From NCBI GenBank assembly GCA_964393655.1, contig CAYMUK010000001.1:1-40003 (forward strand): 40,003 nt of DNA, given 5' to 3'. The stretch is from an uncultured bacterium. Its GTDB lineage: Bacteria; Deinococcota; Deinococci; Deinococcales; Trueperaceae. Below, in pieces: positions 1-9,240 of this stretch. The notes under the pieces were generated by a model, which made no database searches, was not told the origin of the DNA, and worked only from the letters and a program-made list of their open reading frames with translations. The position numbers were made by a program, and so were the translations under genes. Each line of letters starts with the position of its first letter. The stretch's first letter is position 1.

Positions 1-1373
1 CGGAACGGGTAGAAGGCGTCGCTGGCACAGGCGCCTCCCTGGGCGCGGCCCGCGGACTTGCGCGCGGCGATCTCCCCTGAGTCCACTCGGCTCTGCTGGC
101 CCGCGCCGATTCCCCAGGCCACTCCGTCTTTCACCATGACTATGGCGTTCGAGCCGGTGTAGGCGCAGACGGTCCATGCGAGTTCCATATCTTCAAGTTC
201 AGCTGCGGACGGCTGCCGTTCTGTCACAACCTGCCAGTCGTCACGGCCGACCGACACCGTGTCACGCTCCTGGACGAGGAAGCCGCCATCGACCCGCCGG
301 ATGTCCAGCCGGTCCCGGCCCGGCGCCTTGGCCTCCAGCACGCGCATGGCTTTGCGCCGTGCCTGCATCAGCTTCAGCGCGTCCTCCGTGTAACCGGGAG
401 CTATCACCACGTCTGCCTTGGGGTTGGCCATGATCTGGGCGGCCACGGCCTCGTCAACGGTTCGGTTCAGGGCCACGATGCCGCCGAAGGCGCTCCTGGG
501 ATCACAGTCGAAGGCCAGGCGGTAGGCATCCGCCAGTTCGCTGTGGACAGCAACTCCACAGGGGTTCGCGTGCTTGACAATCACACAGGCTGGCTGCCCG
601 AACTCATGGACCAGGCGCCAGGCAGCATCGGTGTCAAAGACGTTCAGGTAGCTCAGGCCCGAGCCCTTGTGCTGGGTGACGCCGTCCCACCAGCCACTGC
701 TGCCCTCTTGCCGGTAAAGCGCGGCGGCCTGGTGGGGGTTCTCGCCGTAACGCAGGTCGGCAGCACGTTCCAGGCTCAGGTGCAGGCTCGGGGCGCGCAG
801 ACCCTCGTCGCGGTCCAGCCAGCTGACAATGGCCGCGTCGTAGGCCGCGGTGTGGGCGAAGGCCTTGCGGGCCAGTTCACGCCGGAGTTCGCTGGTGTCC
901 CCTGCTGCCAGACCTGCCAGCACCCGCTCGTAATCCGCCGGATCCACAACCACCATGACCCGTTCGAAGGTCTTGGCGGCGGCCCGGATCATCGCGGGTC
1001 CGCCGATATCGATGTTCTCAATTGCAATTTCGGGAGTTACTCCGGGTTGGGCCACGGTCTGACGGAACGGGTAGAGGTTCACGACCAGCAGGTCAAACGC
1101 CTCGATGCCGTGCTCCCTCAGGGCGGCTTGGTGTTCGGGCGTGTCACGCGCCAGCAGGCCGGCGTGCACGTTCGGATGCAGCGTCTTGACGCGGCCATCC
1201 ATCATCTCCGGAAAGCCCGTGACGTCCTGGACGGAGTTCACGTTCATGCCGGCATCCTGCAGGGCCTTAAGGGTCCCACCGGTCGAAACCAGTGAGAACC
1301 CGGCGGCCTGCAGCCCGGCAGCGAACTCCTTGAGGCCTGTCTTGTCCGACACGCTCAGCAGCGCGCGTGGCAT
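1..1373 (-). CDS. purH: Bifunctional AICAR transformylase / IMP cyclohydrolase (PurH). The 5' ~457 codons are present and the 3' end runs off the window.
   Basis: Absent from the ORF track because it is open at the window edge. My reverse-complement translation from ATG 1373-1371 reads MPRALLSVSDKTGLKEFAAGLQAAGFSLVSTGGTLKAL...DGRVKTLHPNVHAGLLAR...VVNLYPF...NIDIGGPAMIRAAAK, the PurH N-terminal signature. It continues in frame to position 1. Confidence 0.9.
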   Translation of the reverse strand, partial: MPRALLSVSDKTGLKEFAAGLQAAGFSLVSTGGTLKALQDAGMNVNSVQDVTGFPEMMDGRVKTLHPNVHAGLLARDTPEHQAALREHGIEAFDLLVVNLYPFRQTVAQPGVTPEIAIENIDIGGPAMIRAAAKTFERVMVVVDPADYERVLAGLAAGDTSELRRELARKAFAHTAAYDAAIVSWLDRDEGLRAPSLHLSLERAADLRYGENPHQAAALYRQEGSSGWWDGVTQHKGSGLSYLNVFDTDAAWRLVHEFGQPACVIVKHANPCGVAVHSELADAYRLAFDCDPRSAFGGIVALNRTVDEAVAAQIMANPKADVVIAPGYTEDALKLMQARRKAMRVLEAKAPGRDRLDIRRVDGGFLVQERDTVSVGRDDWQVVTERQPSAAELEDMELAWTVCAYTGSNAIVMVKDGVAWGIGAGQQSRVDSGEIAARKSAGRAQGGACASDAFYPF

Positions 1374-1376
1374 CAG

Positions 1377-3659
1377 TTACTCCGCTTCAGTGCCGGCGGC
1401 GTCCTCGGACGGGGCGTCACCAGCTGGGGCGTCCTCGGCCGGGTCCTCCTCGGCCGGTGTTTCCTCGGCCGCATCCGCCTCCTCTGCCGGTGCCTCGTCC
1501 TCAGGGGTGGTGTTCTCATCCTGAGCAGAATCCTCGGCTGCTTCTGTACCTTCATCCGCGGCAGAATCCTCTGCTGGCGCCGTTTCGCTGCTCCCCGCAG
1601 ACTCGTCCGCCTCGGGAATGCTCACTGTCTCTTCCGGGCTGAAGTCGATGCCCTCAAGCGGGTCAGCGGCGACCTGCAGCATGTTCTCGATCTCCAGATC
1701 GGCCTTCACGCTTTCCAGCCACTCCTGCTGGGCCGCCTGACGCTCGGCTGCCGCGACGGCGTCCGCCACCAGGTCGCGCACTTCCTCGAGCGGTCGCACG
1801 CGTTCCGGGGTGCGGTCGGCCACCAGAACCACATAGCGGTCGGACGGCACTTCCACCTCAGCCAGCTCATCTGCCAGTGCCTCGTCCGTCAGATCCGTAT
1901 CCGCAGCGGCTTCCTCGTCGCCGGACACCACCTGGGCAGCTGCCTCGGCTGCGGCTTCCTGCACTTCCCCAGCAAGGTTGGTGTCAACCTCGTCCTCGGC
2001 TGCATCCAGCAGGACCTCGTCCTGAGCGGTTTCCTCCTCGGCGGTCGCCGCCGAGGTATCGTCCTCCGCTTCCTCGGTTGCGGGTGCTGCGATGAACAGC
2101 ACGTCGGAAATCTCCCGGTTGCCTTCATCGATCGGTTCGAACGCATCGGTATTGAACAGGGCGGCATCGATTGCGACCTCGCTCAGGCCGGGGCGCACGA
2201 TGCCCATGTCAGTGGCAACCACGCCGGCCAGACTGGCTGCGTCCGTGGGGGCCGTTCCGGACAGCACTTCCTCGCGGAAGGCTTCGGCTTCCTCCATGGT
2301 GTCGAATTCGAAGCGGACGGTCTGGGCCTCGGCGTTCTGGGTGTAACGCTCCAGATTCTCCTCGTAGTACGCGGCAATCTCGGCTTCCGTGACATCGACG
2401 TCGCGAGCCACGTAGTTCAGTGCCTGCTGGGCGATCTGCGACTCGGTACCGAAGAACTGGCCATCCAGCTGGGAGGCGCCCATGTAGGCGGCTGTCTGGT
2501 CGATAAGCTGGTCAAGCAGCTGTGGCTTGAGCATCTGGGTGATCAGGAACGACAGGGAGGGATCCAGGAACTGCTGGACCTCGGCGTTGCCGTAGGTGAT
2601 GCGGGCCAGGTCCGTGGCACGGAGCACTTCGCCGCCCACCAGGGCAACGGGGCGGTTGTCGTAGTTGAATTCGCTGGTGTCGACCATCTCGATGTTCGCC
2701 TCTTCCATCAGGCGGTCGAGTTCCTGGGAGACCAGGCCTACCTGGCGTGAGGTGAGGGCATCCTCGCGCACGGTCTCAGCGACTTCCTCGAACGGCCGCG
2801 GCTCGGGCGGCAGGTACCGCTCCACCTGGACGAGGTAATAGAGGCCGTTGGCGGTAATTACGCTGGTCAGGCCGGGAGCGCGGAGGTTGAAGGCGGCGCT
2901 GGCAACGGCGGTCGGCAGTACGGCGCGGCCTACCGGCTGCGGCTCGCTGCTGCCCGCGGTGGCACCCAGCGCGCCACCACGGTCGGCACGCTCGATGGAG
3001 TGCTCGCCGGCCAGTGCGGCGAAGGACTCGCCGGTGAGCACCCGGGTGCGGATCTCGTTGGCAAGTTCCTGGTCCCTGACGGCGATGGCGCGGGCGACGA
3101 TGCGCTCGTCAGTCCGGTAGTTGTTGCGGAAGGCCTCATAGAAGGTGGCCACCTCTTCGTCACTGACCGACACGTCACCGACAATCTCGGCTTCCCACTT
3201 CTGCTGTCTCAGCTGCTCGCGCATGTAGTTGCGGAACGCGGCGTCGTCGAATCCCGAGTTGGCCAGGAGCTGCAGGTAGGCGCTGTCATTGCGGCCGCCG
3301 GCCAGGCCCCGCTCCTCGCGGAACGCGTTGACAGCACTGCGGACCTCCGCGTTGCTGACGCGCTGGCTGGCTGCTGCCTGCCTCAGGAGTTCCTGGGTGA
3401 TTACGGCGTCAAGCGCCAGCAACTGCAGGTCCTGCCCGACCTCGCCTTCGCTCACGGCGTAGTAGATCGGGTTGGCATTGCGGAGCTGGTTGATCTCCAG
3501 GTCCGTGATCGGCTCGCCGTTCACGCGCAGGACAACCTCGCCCTGGGCGGTGGTGGCACCGCCGCCGAAGCCCAGATTGGGCGTGAAAGTGATGATCATG
3601 CCCAGTACCAGTCCGATGGCGATGAGCCACAGGATCACAGTGTTCGTATGCTTCTTCAT
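1377..3659 (-). CDS. Membrane-anchored periplasmic chaperone / PPIase-like protein (PpiD/SurA family) with long acidic low-complexity insert and tail.
   Basis: 760-aa ORF. It has an N-terminal anchor MKKHTNTVILWLIAIGLVLGMIITF, a SurA-N-like helical region and a parvulin-like segment (RAIAVRDQELANEIRTRVLTGESFAALAGEHSIERADRGGALG). A GGGAGGAAG SD lies upstream. The stop is 3 nt (1374-1376) before the purH start. Confidence 0.7.
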   Translation of the reverse strand: MKKHTNTVILWLIAIGLVLGMIITFTPNLGFGGGATTAQGEVVLRVNGEPITDLEINQLRNANPIYYAVSEGEVGQDLQLLALDAVITQELLRQAAASQRVSNAEVRSAVNAFREERGLAGGRNDSAYLQLLANSGFDDAAFRNYMREQLRQQKWEAEIVGDVSVSDEEVATFYEAFRNNYRTDERIVARAIAVRDQELANEIRTRVLTGESFAALAGEHSIERADRGGALGATAGSSEPQPVGRAVLPTAVASAAFNLRAPGLTSVITANGLYYLVQVERYLPPEPRPFEEVAETVREDALTSRQVGLVSQELDRLMEEANIEMVDTSEFNYDNRPVALVGGEVLRATDLARITYGNAEVQQFLDPSLSFLITQMLKPQLLDQLIDQTAAYMGASQLDGQFFGTESQIAQQALNYVARDVDVTEAEIAAYYEENLERYTQNAEAQTVRFEFDTMEEAEAFREEVLSGTAPTDAASLAGVVATDMGIVRPGLSEVAIDAALFNTDAFEPIDEGNREISDVLFIAAPATEEAEDDTSAATAEEETAQDEVLLDAAEDEVDTNLAGEVQEAAAEAAAQVVSGDEEAAADTDLTDEALADELAEVEVPSDRYVVLVADRTPERVRPLEEVRDLVADAVAAAERQAAQQEWLESVKADLEIENMLQVAADPLEGIDFSPEETVSIPEADESAGSSETAPAEDSAADEGTEAAEDSAQDENTTPEDEAPAEEADAAEETPAEEDPAEDAPAGDAPSEDAAGTEAE
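1380..1650 (-). repeat. Degenerate GC-rich low-complexity repeat encoding the E/A/D/P-rich C-terminal tail of the PpiD-like protein.
   Basis: Reiterated ...tcctcggcc(g)g... units are visible at 1400-1500. The translated tail is ...SAGSSETAPAEDSAADEGTEAAEDSAQDENTTPEDEAPAEEADAAEETPAEEDPAEDAPAGDAPSEDAAGTEAE. Confidence 0.6.
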
Positions 3660-3685
3660 TCGCTTGACTTCCTCCCAGAAAGGGT

Positions 3686-3694
3686 GCTAGTTTT
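3686..3694 (+). promoter_or_regulatory. Extended -10 element TGCTAGTTT upstream of tRNA-Arg.
   Basis: A TGn+TAGTTT element lies 15 nt upstream of tRNA position 1. The same TGCTAG core recurs at three other promoters in the window. Confidence 0.4.
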
Positions 3695-3709
3695 ATGAAC
3701 CGTTTACAG

Positions 3710-3786
3710 GCGCCCGTAGCTCAGCTGGATAGAGCGTTCGCCTCCGGAGCGAAAGGTCGCAGGTTCGAATCCTGCCGGGCGCACCA
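3710..3786 (+). tRNA. tRNA-Arg (anticodon CCG), with encoded CCA end.
   Basis: Manual cloverleaf: acceptor GCGCCCG/CGGGCGC, D arm GCTC-AGCTGGATA-GAGC, anticodon arm TTCGC-CTCCGGA-GCGAA (anticodon CCG), variable loop AGGTC, T arm GCAGG-TTCGAAT-CCTGC, discriminator A, then CCA. Total length is 77 nt. Confidence 0.93.
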
Positions 3787-3946
3787 CCCAACCGATTACA
3801 ACCGACACAACCCCGGCGCCCCTTGCTTGGCCAGCTGACGGGCGCGTCACCAGCGCAGATTCCCAGCGGCGGATTGTGCCGCCTGAGGGCGCTGCTGCTG
3901 GCTTGCGGTCCGTATTCACAAGTGGGAATACTACCACGCCCGCAGC

Positions 3947-5305
3947 CTAGTCCTGTGACCCGGCCAGGCGCCTGGCCTCCATGGCGAAGAAGGTGTACTC
4001 GTCATTGCCAGGCTCCAGTGAGCGCGCGGTTTCATACGCTTCGGCAGCCTGTGCGTAATCGCGCTGGGCGAAGTGGATCTGGCCCAGGTAGCCCCAGGCC
4101 GGGGCGAACTGCGGATCCTCCTGCGTGACCGCGGCGAACGCGGCTTCCGCTGCGGCGAAGTTCGCGGCCTGGTAGTGACCGACCCCCTGCAGGAACATCT
4201 CGCTCACTTCCGCGCCGAAAGCCAGGCGCTGCTCGGCGAGCCTCAGGAAGTAGCGGGCGCCCTCGTCAGCCGGTGACACCGCCAGCACGCGCTCCCAGTA
4301 GTCGGCGGCCAGGGCGTGGCGTTCCAGTTCCTGTGCCACACGTGCACTCCAGCTGAGTGCTTCCAGGTACCCGGGGGCCAGCCGCGCGGCTTCCTCGAAC
4401 TGCTCCAGCGCCAGCGGCAGGTCGCCTGCAGCGTAGCTGTCCTGGCCGGCATCGAAGCTGGCCACAGCCGGAATTCCCCAGGCCGCCTGCCTCTCCGCCA
4501 GTTCAAGGAAGTAGCGGTTCCGGGAATCATCCGGGTCGAGCTCGACTGCCCAGCCCCAGTAGACGGCCGCCAGTTCGGGATCCTCAAGCTCAAGTGCCGT
4601 GCGCCCGGCCCAGACGGCAGCCTGAGCAAAGCTCCGGTCGGCCGCGAAGGCTGCTTCGAACTCGGCGAGGGCGGCGGCATGCTGGCCGGCGTCGAACAGT
4701 GAACTGCCCCGCGCGAAGGCAAGCGCCGCTTCCGGTCCGTAGGTCTCCACGTTGCTGGCAAGCTGCAGCTGGCTGGGGCTGAGTGAGCTGGTGTCCTGCA
4801 GTGACAGCAGCTGTGAGAAGGAAGCGGCCGCCTCCGCGCCTTCACCCTGTTCGAGCTGAATCCGGCCTATCCAGAAGAGCGCTTCGGCGTTGTCCGGCTG
4901 GAAGCCGAGGAGGGTCCCGTAGTGACTCAGGGCACCTGCGGCGTCGCCTGCGCTGTAACGGGCGAAGCCGAGCTGCTGCGCCGCTTCCGCGAAAGCCAGG
5001 GGCGCCGGATTCGCGCCACTCAGCTCGCTGAAGTTCAGCCAGGCATCATAGGCCCGGGCGTACCAGGAGACCTCACTGTAGATTTCTGCCTGCAGGCGTG
5101 CGAGTTCCGCGGACTGCGGTTGCTCCGCGGTCAGCTGCTCAGCCAACAGGATTGCCTGCCGCCAGAGCGCCTGGTCCGGATGGCGCAGCTGACCGGAGTC
5201 GCGGGCGGTCTGAACCGCCTGCTCAAGGCGCCCGACTGCCGCATCGCCCTGGGCGAAAGCCAGGCTGAAGCAAACGAGCAGTAGTACCAGGGGACCGAAT
5301 CGCAT
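3947..5305 (-). CDS. Secreted TPR-repeat protein. The alternative upstream ATG at 5317 gives the 456-aa ORF in the track.
   Basis: Signal peptide MRFGPLVLLLVCFSLAFAQG, followed by many A/L/Y/W-rich 34-aa TPR-like repeats (e.g. AEAYETARSLEPGNDEYTFFAMEA). I prefer ATG 5305 because a TATAAT box lies 10 nt upstream of it. Confidence 0.75.
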   Translation of the reverse strand: MRFGPLVLLLVCFSLAFAQGDAAVGRLEQAVQTARDSGQLRHPDQALWRQAILLAEQLTAEQPQSAELARLQAEIYSEVSWYARAYDAWLNFSELSGANPAPLAFAEAAQQLGFARYSAGDAAGALSHYGTLLGFQPDNAEALFWIGRIQLEQGEGAEAAASFSQLLSLQDTSSLSPSQLQLASNVETYGPEAALAFARGSSLFDAGQHAAALAEFEAAFAADRSFAQAAVWAGRTALELEDPELAAVYWGWAVELDPDDSRNRYFLELAERQAAWGIPAVASFDAGQDSYAAGDLPLALEQFEEAARLAPGYLEALSWSARVAQELERHALAADYWERVLAVSPADEGARYFLRLAEQRLAFGAEVSEMFLQGVGHYQAANFAAAEAAFAAVTQEDPQFAPAWGYLGQIHFAQRDYAQAAEAYETARSLEPGNDEYTFFAMEARRLAGSQD

Positions 5306-5315
5306 GACAGTGGGC

Positions 5316-5321
5316 ATTATA
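5316..5321 (-). promoter_or_regulatory. -10 hexamer TATAAT (minus strand), 10 nt upstream of the TPR gene ATG at 5305.
   Basis: Plus strand attata at 5316-5321. No SD lies between the box and the ATG. Confidence 0.4.
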
Positions 5322-5395
5322 GACGCCTCATCACGCGCGCTCCGGCCCGGAACCTACGTAGGCTGCTCCCCGTGACCATGAAAACGCCACAGGAG

Positions 5396-5404
5396 TGGTT
5401 TAAT
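5396..5404 (+). promoter_or_regulatory. Extended -10 element TGgTTTAAT, 8 nt upstream of the ffh ATG.
   Basis: Read directly: tggtttaat then gggaccgc then ATG 5413. The nearby AGGAG (5391-5395) only serves an out-of-frame ATG at 5403. Confidence 0.45.
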
Positions 5405-5412
5405 GGGACCGC

Positions 5413-6732
5413 ATGTTTCAGAGTCTAGGCGACAAACTCCAGAACGTATTCGAAGGCCTGCGCGGCCGCGGCCGGCTGACAGAAGCGGAAGTCAAGGCAG
5501 CGCTGCGCGAGGTCCGCGTGGCGCTGCTGGAGGCCGACGTCAACCTGGAAGTCGCGCGTGATTTCACCCAGCGGGTCCAGGAAAAGGCCACCGGGTCGGA
5601 GACCCTGCTTTCACTGCGGCCCGACCAGCGTGTCATAGCCATTGTCCAGGAGGAACTGGAAGAGACCCTGGGTGGCAAGACCGTCCAGCCAACCCTGAAC
5701 TCCGACGGGAACGTCTGGCTGATGATGGGTCTGCAGGGCGCAGGCAAGACCACCACCTCCGGCAAGCTGGCTTACAAGTACAAGGCGCAGGGCCGGCGAC
5801 CGCTGCTCGTGGCTGCCGACACCCAGCGCCCCGCCGCGCGCGATCAGCTGAAGGTGCTCGGTCGCCAGATCGGTGTACCGGTGCTCGAAGTCGCAGACGG
5901 CGAGGAGCCGGAACGCACCAAGGCCAAGATCGACGCCTATCTGAAGGCCGACTTCCGGGACCTGGTGATAGTCGACACCGCCGGTCGCCTGCAGATCGAC
6001 GAGAACCTGATGGACGAGCTCTCACGCTTGAGCGCGGCGGTGAAACCGACGGAATCGATGCTGGTCATAGACGCGATGACCGGACAGCAATCACTGCCGG
6101 TAGCGCAGTCGTTCGACGAGCGCATCGGCGTCAGCGGCCTGATCCTGACCAAGCTGGACGGCGACGCGCGCGGTGGTGCAGCGCTGTCTGCCCGGCACGT
6201 GACCGGCAAGCCCATTTTCTTCGCCGGCATGAGCGAGAAGATTGACGGTCTGGAGCCGTTCCATCCTGATCGCATCGCGAGCCGCATCCTGGGAATGGGC
6301 GACGTACTCACACTCATCGAGAAGGCGAAGGTCCTGGAGGAGGACGACGAGGAGTCACCGGATCCCAAAAACCTGGCCGACTTCTCGCTGCAGGACATGC
6401 TCACGCAGATGCGCCGCATCAAGCGCATGGGCTCGTTCGGAGACATCATCAAGATGATCCCGGGTGCCAGCAAGATGCTGCCTGCCGGCGCGCAGATAGA
6501 CGAACGCGAGATTGCCCGCGTCGAGGCCATCATCTCCAGCATGACCGAGCGCGAGCGCAAGAAACCGCAACTGCTGAACGCCAGCCGCCGCAAGCGCATC
6601 GCGGCAGGGTCGGGCACGCAGGTGCAGGACGTGAATCGCCTGATGAAGAACTACGAGGGCATGAAGAAGATGATGAAGCAGGCTGTCAAGCAGCAGCGCG
6701 GGCGTGGCGGCGGCCGCCGGGCACTCGGGTGA
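5413..6732 (+). CDS. ffh: Signal recognition particle protein Ffh.
   Basis: The N-terminus [43 protein letters not shown] parallels E. coli Ffh. It has the P-loop [30 protein letters not shown] and a Met-rich M domain. Confidence 0.97.
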   Translation: MFQSLGDKLQNVFEGLRGRGRLTEAEVKAALREVRVALLEADVNLEVARDFTQRVQEKATGSETLLSLRPDQRVIAIVQEELEETLGGKTVQPTLNSDGNVWLMMGLQGAGKTTTSGKLAYKYKAQGRRPLLVAADTQRPAARDQLKVLGRQIGVPVLEVADGEEPERTKAKIDAYLKADFRDLVIVDTAGRLQIDENLMDELSRLSAAVKPTESMLVIDAMTGQQSLPVAQSFDERIGVSGLILTKLDGDARGGAALSARHVTGKPIFFAGMSEKIDGLEPFHPDRIASRILGMGDVLTLIEKAKVLEEDDEESPDPKNLADFSLQDMLTQMRRIKRMGSFGDIIKMIPGASKMLPAGAQIDEREIARVEAIISSMTERERKKPQLLNASRRKRIAAGSGTQVQDVNRLMKNYEGMKKMMKQAVKQQRGRGGGRRALG

Positions 6733-6844
6733 TTCCGGTGACCTGCAACCCAACCGCTGGCAGCGGGCCCGGGAATGTTGTACAGTTAACGACTTGTGTG
6801 CGCCGCGTCAGAGCATGTGGCGGAGCCTTGGAGGATTCAAGCAG

Positions 6845-7159
6845 ATGGTAAAGATTCGCCTCATGCGCATCGGCGCAAAGAAAACCCCTCACTACCGTGT
6901 CGTGATCGTTGATTCCCGCAAGAAGCGCTCCAGCGATTACATCGAATCACTGGGTTACTACGATCCGCGCAACACCACGGAAAACCCGCTCAAGATCGAC
7001 GTCGAGCGTGCCCAGCACTGGCTGAGCCAGGGTGCACAGCCCACCGACACCGCCCTGAAGCTGCTCGAACGTGCCGGTGTTGAAGTCGGACAGGTCGAAG
7101 CGAAGAACCGGGACCGTTTCCTCAAGCGCGTTGCGGCCACTGAAAGCGCCACCGCCTGA
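6845..7159 (+). CDS. rpsP: 30S ribosomal protein S16.
   Basis: [51 protein letters not shown] lies 8 nt upstream. The 6704 start in the track is a spurious N-terminal extension. Confidence 0.95.
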   Translation: MVKIRLMRIGAKKTPHYRVVIVDSRKKRSSDYIESLGYYDPRNTTENPLKIDVERAQHWLSQGAQPTDTALKLLERAGVEVGQVEAKNRDRFLKRVAATESATA

Positions 7160-7182
7160 CCCGCTGAAGGAAGGTAGCAGCC

Positions 7183-7419
7183 TTGTCGCAGGAACTCGTA
7201 GCCCTGATTGTCCATAACCTGGTCAGCGACAACGAAGCTGTCGAGGTGGAGACCCAGCATGACGGCCGGGGCGTACGCATCGAGATCCAGTGCGCGAAGG
7301 ACGATGCGGGACGTGTCATCGGCCGCGGCGGCCGCATCATCAACAGCATAAGGACCCTGGCCCGCGCCGCCTCAGATGGCCGGCAGCGTGTCGAAGTCCA
7401 GCTCGTCGAACAGAGCTGA
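7183..7419 (+). CDS. KH-domain RNA-binding protein (YlqC/UPF0109 family), TTG start.
   Basis: The GRVIGRGGRIINSIRTL GXXG KH motif is present. It occupies the conserved position between rpsP and rimM. An SD GAAGGAAGG lies upstream. Confidence 0.85.
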   Translation: MSQELVALIVHNLVSDNEAVEVETQHDGRGVRIEIQCAKDDAGRVIGRGGRIINSIRTLARAASDGRQRVEVQLVEQS

Positions 7420-7435
7420 CCATTCCAACCGGAAC

Positions 7436-7936
7436 ATGACAGCAGAAACTGAGCGCACATTGCAGCTCGGCCGTCTGGGCCGCACCGTCGGACTGGACGG
7501 CGGCTTGCTGTTCCATTCTGCAGGCGACGCAGAGGCGGCCCTGTTGGCACCCGGCCGGACGCTCCGCATAGAGGGCCACGGCGAACTCCGCGTCCGGGAG
7601 TCCAGGCGGCACAACCGCGGCCTCGTCGTCCATTTCGAGGGTATCCGCCGGATCGAAGTTGCCCGGGACCTCACCAACGCTGCGGTCACCATCCGGGTAG
7701 CGGACCTGCCCGCCGGCTTCCAGTCCAGCAACAAGGAATCCCTGCTTCTGAAGCTGCCCGTCGTTCTGGACGGCGAGACCGTCGGCAGGGTCGCAGCCGT
7801 CCTGGGAGCCAGCGGCTTCGAGTATCTGCGGCTTGAACCGGGTGGACAGTTGCTGCCGCTTCAGGCGCCCTACGTGCAGGTGCTTGCTGACGAAATCGTA
7901 CTGCTCGACCCGCCACCGGGCCTGCTCGACGACTGA
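7436..7936 (+). CDS. rimM: 16S rRNA processing protein RimM.
   Basis: LQLGRLGRTVGLDGGLLFHS matches the RimM N-terminal beta-barrel motif, and it sits in the rpsP-KH-rimM-trmD order. The start is taken at ATG 7436, after the KH gene stop at 7419. Confidence 0.8.
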   Translation: MTAETERTLQLGRLGRTVGLDGGLLFHSAGDAEAALLAPGRTLRIEGHGELRVRESRRHNRGLVVHFEGIRRIEVARDLTNAAVTIRVADLPAGFQSSNKESLLLKLPVVLDGETVGRVAAVLGASGFEYLRLEPGGQLLPLQAPYVQVLADEIVLLDPPPGLLDD

Positions 7937-8667
7937 TGAGATACAGCGTCTACACGCTCTTCCCCGCCCTGGTGAACGCCTGGCGTTCCGAGGCTCTCCT
8001 CGGCAAGGCACTGGAGCAGGGCTTGATCGACCTGGACGTGCGGGATCTTCGCAAGTTCGCGGAGCCACCGCACTACAAGGTGGACGATTCCCCGTACGGC
8101 GGGGGCGCCGGGATGGTCATCCGTGTGGACATGGCAGCACAGGCGATCCGCGAAGCGGCTGCCCTGGAACCGCCGCCCGATGAAGTGATCATGGTCAGCC
8201 CCGCGGGTCAGCCACTGGACCAGCCTCTGGTCGAGGAGCTGAGCCGCAAGCGGCACCTGTGCATCCTCTGCGGCCGCTACGAAGGCTTCGATTCCCGGGT
8301 CGAGAGTCTTGTCACGCGGGAGGTCTCCATAGGGGACTACGTGCTGATGGGCGGCGAGCTGCCGGCGCTCGTTCTGATCGAGGCCACGTCACGCCTGCTG
8401 CCTGGCGTGCTGGGCAAGACCGAGAGCTTCGAGCAGGACTCGTTCGCCACCGGTTTGCTGGACCACCCGGTCTATACAAGGCCGCCCGAATGGGAAGGTC
8501 AGGCTGTGCCGGAGGTCCTGCTTTCAGGTCATCACGGCAAGGTGGCCACCTGGAGGCGGGAACAGGCCCTTGCCCGCACACTGGCGCGGCGCAAGGACCT
8601 GCTGGAAAAAGCGCAACTTTCAGATGCCGACCGGAAGTTCCTGGCCGGACTCAAGAAGGACGGCTGA
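7936..8667 (+). CDS. trmD: tRNA (guanine37-N1)-methyltransferase TrmD.
   Basis: MRYSVYTLFPALV...VDDSPYGGGAGMV...LCGRYEGFDSRV...SIGDYVLMGGELPALVLIEA. An ATGA overlap links it to the rimM stop. Confidence 0.95.
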   Translation: MRYSVYTLFPALVNAWRSEALLGKALEQGLIDLDVRDLRKFAEPPHYKVDDSPYGGGAGMVIRVDMAAQAIREAAALEPPPDEVIMVSPAGQPLDQPLVEELSRKRHLCILCGRYEGFDSRVESLVTREVSIGDYVLMGGELPALVLIEATSRLLPGVLGKTESFEQDSFATGLLDHPVYTRPPEWEGQAVPEVLLSGHHGKVATWRREQALARTLARRKDLLEKAQLSDADRKFLAGLKKDG

Positions 8668-8674
8668 CTGCCGG

Positions 8675-9166
8675 TTACGGCAGGCGGTCGATGACCAGCT
8701 GGGTGATGTCCAGTCCGTCTTCGGCGTAGACAACCAGGCCGGTGGCGCTGGCCACCTCGTAATCGAAGACCACGGTGTAGCCCTGCTCGGCAGCAACTGC
8801 CTTGAGCGCAGTGTCCACGGCGATTATCGCCGGCTCGGCGGCCGCCGCGACTTCATCGCGGTAACGGTTGGCGGTTGACTCCAGGGCGATCTGGCCAGTC
8901 TGGAAGGCTTCCTGTTCTTCCGGCGAAATGGTGGCACCGGTGCGGGCCCGCTCCAGGATGGCGTTCAGGCTGGTCTGGATTTCATTGACTTCATCGATGC
9001 CGCGCTGCTCCACTTCGCGCGCCGCAGCTCCGGCCGGATGCGCATCGATGGCCTGCTGCGAGTTGATGAAAGCGATGCGCATGCCGGGTGCCTGGGCCTG
9101 CAGGTTCAGCGACCCGAGGACGGCGATGGCGACGGTTGCGAGTATCATGTACGTGACTCGTTTCAT
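8675..9166 (-). CDS. Skp/OmpH-family periplasmic chaperone.
   Basis: Signal peptide MKRVTYMILATVAIAVLGSLNLQAQA, then RIAFINSQQAI, a central helical region and a C-terminal AVAAEQGYTVVFDY...VYAEDGLDITQLVIDRL typical of OmpH. The start is taken at internal ATG 9166, not 9241. Confidence 0.7.
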   Translation of the reverse strand: MKRVTYMILATVAIAVLGSLNLQAQAPGMRIAFINSQQAIDAHPAGAAAREVEQRGIDEVNEIQTSLNAILERARTGATISPEEQEAFQTGQIALESTANRYRDEVAAAAEPAIIAVDTALKAVAAEQGYTVVFDYEVASATGLVVYAEDGLDITQLVIDRLP

Positions 9167-9176
9167 AGCGTTTGCA

Positions 9177-9185
9177 AGTCTAGCA
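9177..9185 (-). promoter_or_regulatory. Extended -10 element TGCTAGACT (minus strand), 10 nt upstream of the skp-like ATG.
   Basis: Plus strand agtctagca at 9177-9185. The same 9-mer occurs at the argF and pheA promoters. Confidence 0.45.
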
Positions 9186-9240
9186 CCCGCATGATGAGAA
9201 CTGTCGCGCAGCCGGAAGAACCGGTGCGCCCGGGAGAACA

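Noticed and set aside
543-1295. 250-aa plus-strand ORF, with overlapping ORFs at 1105-1524 and 1367-1642.
   Set aside because: They lie antisense or out of frame to the clearly recognisable purH and to the acidic tail of the PpiD-like gene. Their Arg/Pro/Gly/Ala-rich composition is typical of high-GC shadow ORFs.
3787-3946. Possible terminator hairpins or a small gene between tRNA-Arg and the end of the TPR gene.
   Set aside because: Only short stems (5-6 bp, e.g. ggcgg-attgtg-ccgcc near 3866-3881) are present, with no U-tract. The 3823-4128 and 3704-3937 ORFs are shadow ORFs overlapping the tRNA or the TPR gene.
5391-5405. AGGAG followed 7 nt later by an ATG at 5403, upstream of ffh.
   Set aside because: That ATG is out of frame with Ffh. 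The canonical Ffh N-terminus (MFQSLGDKL...GRGRLTE) starts at 5413.
6704-6844. 47-codon N-terminal extension of rpsP in the track.
   Set aside because: S16 universally starts MVKIRL. A GGAGGA SD sits right in front of ATG 6845.
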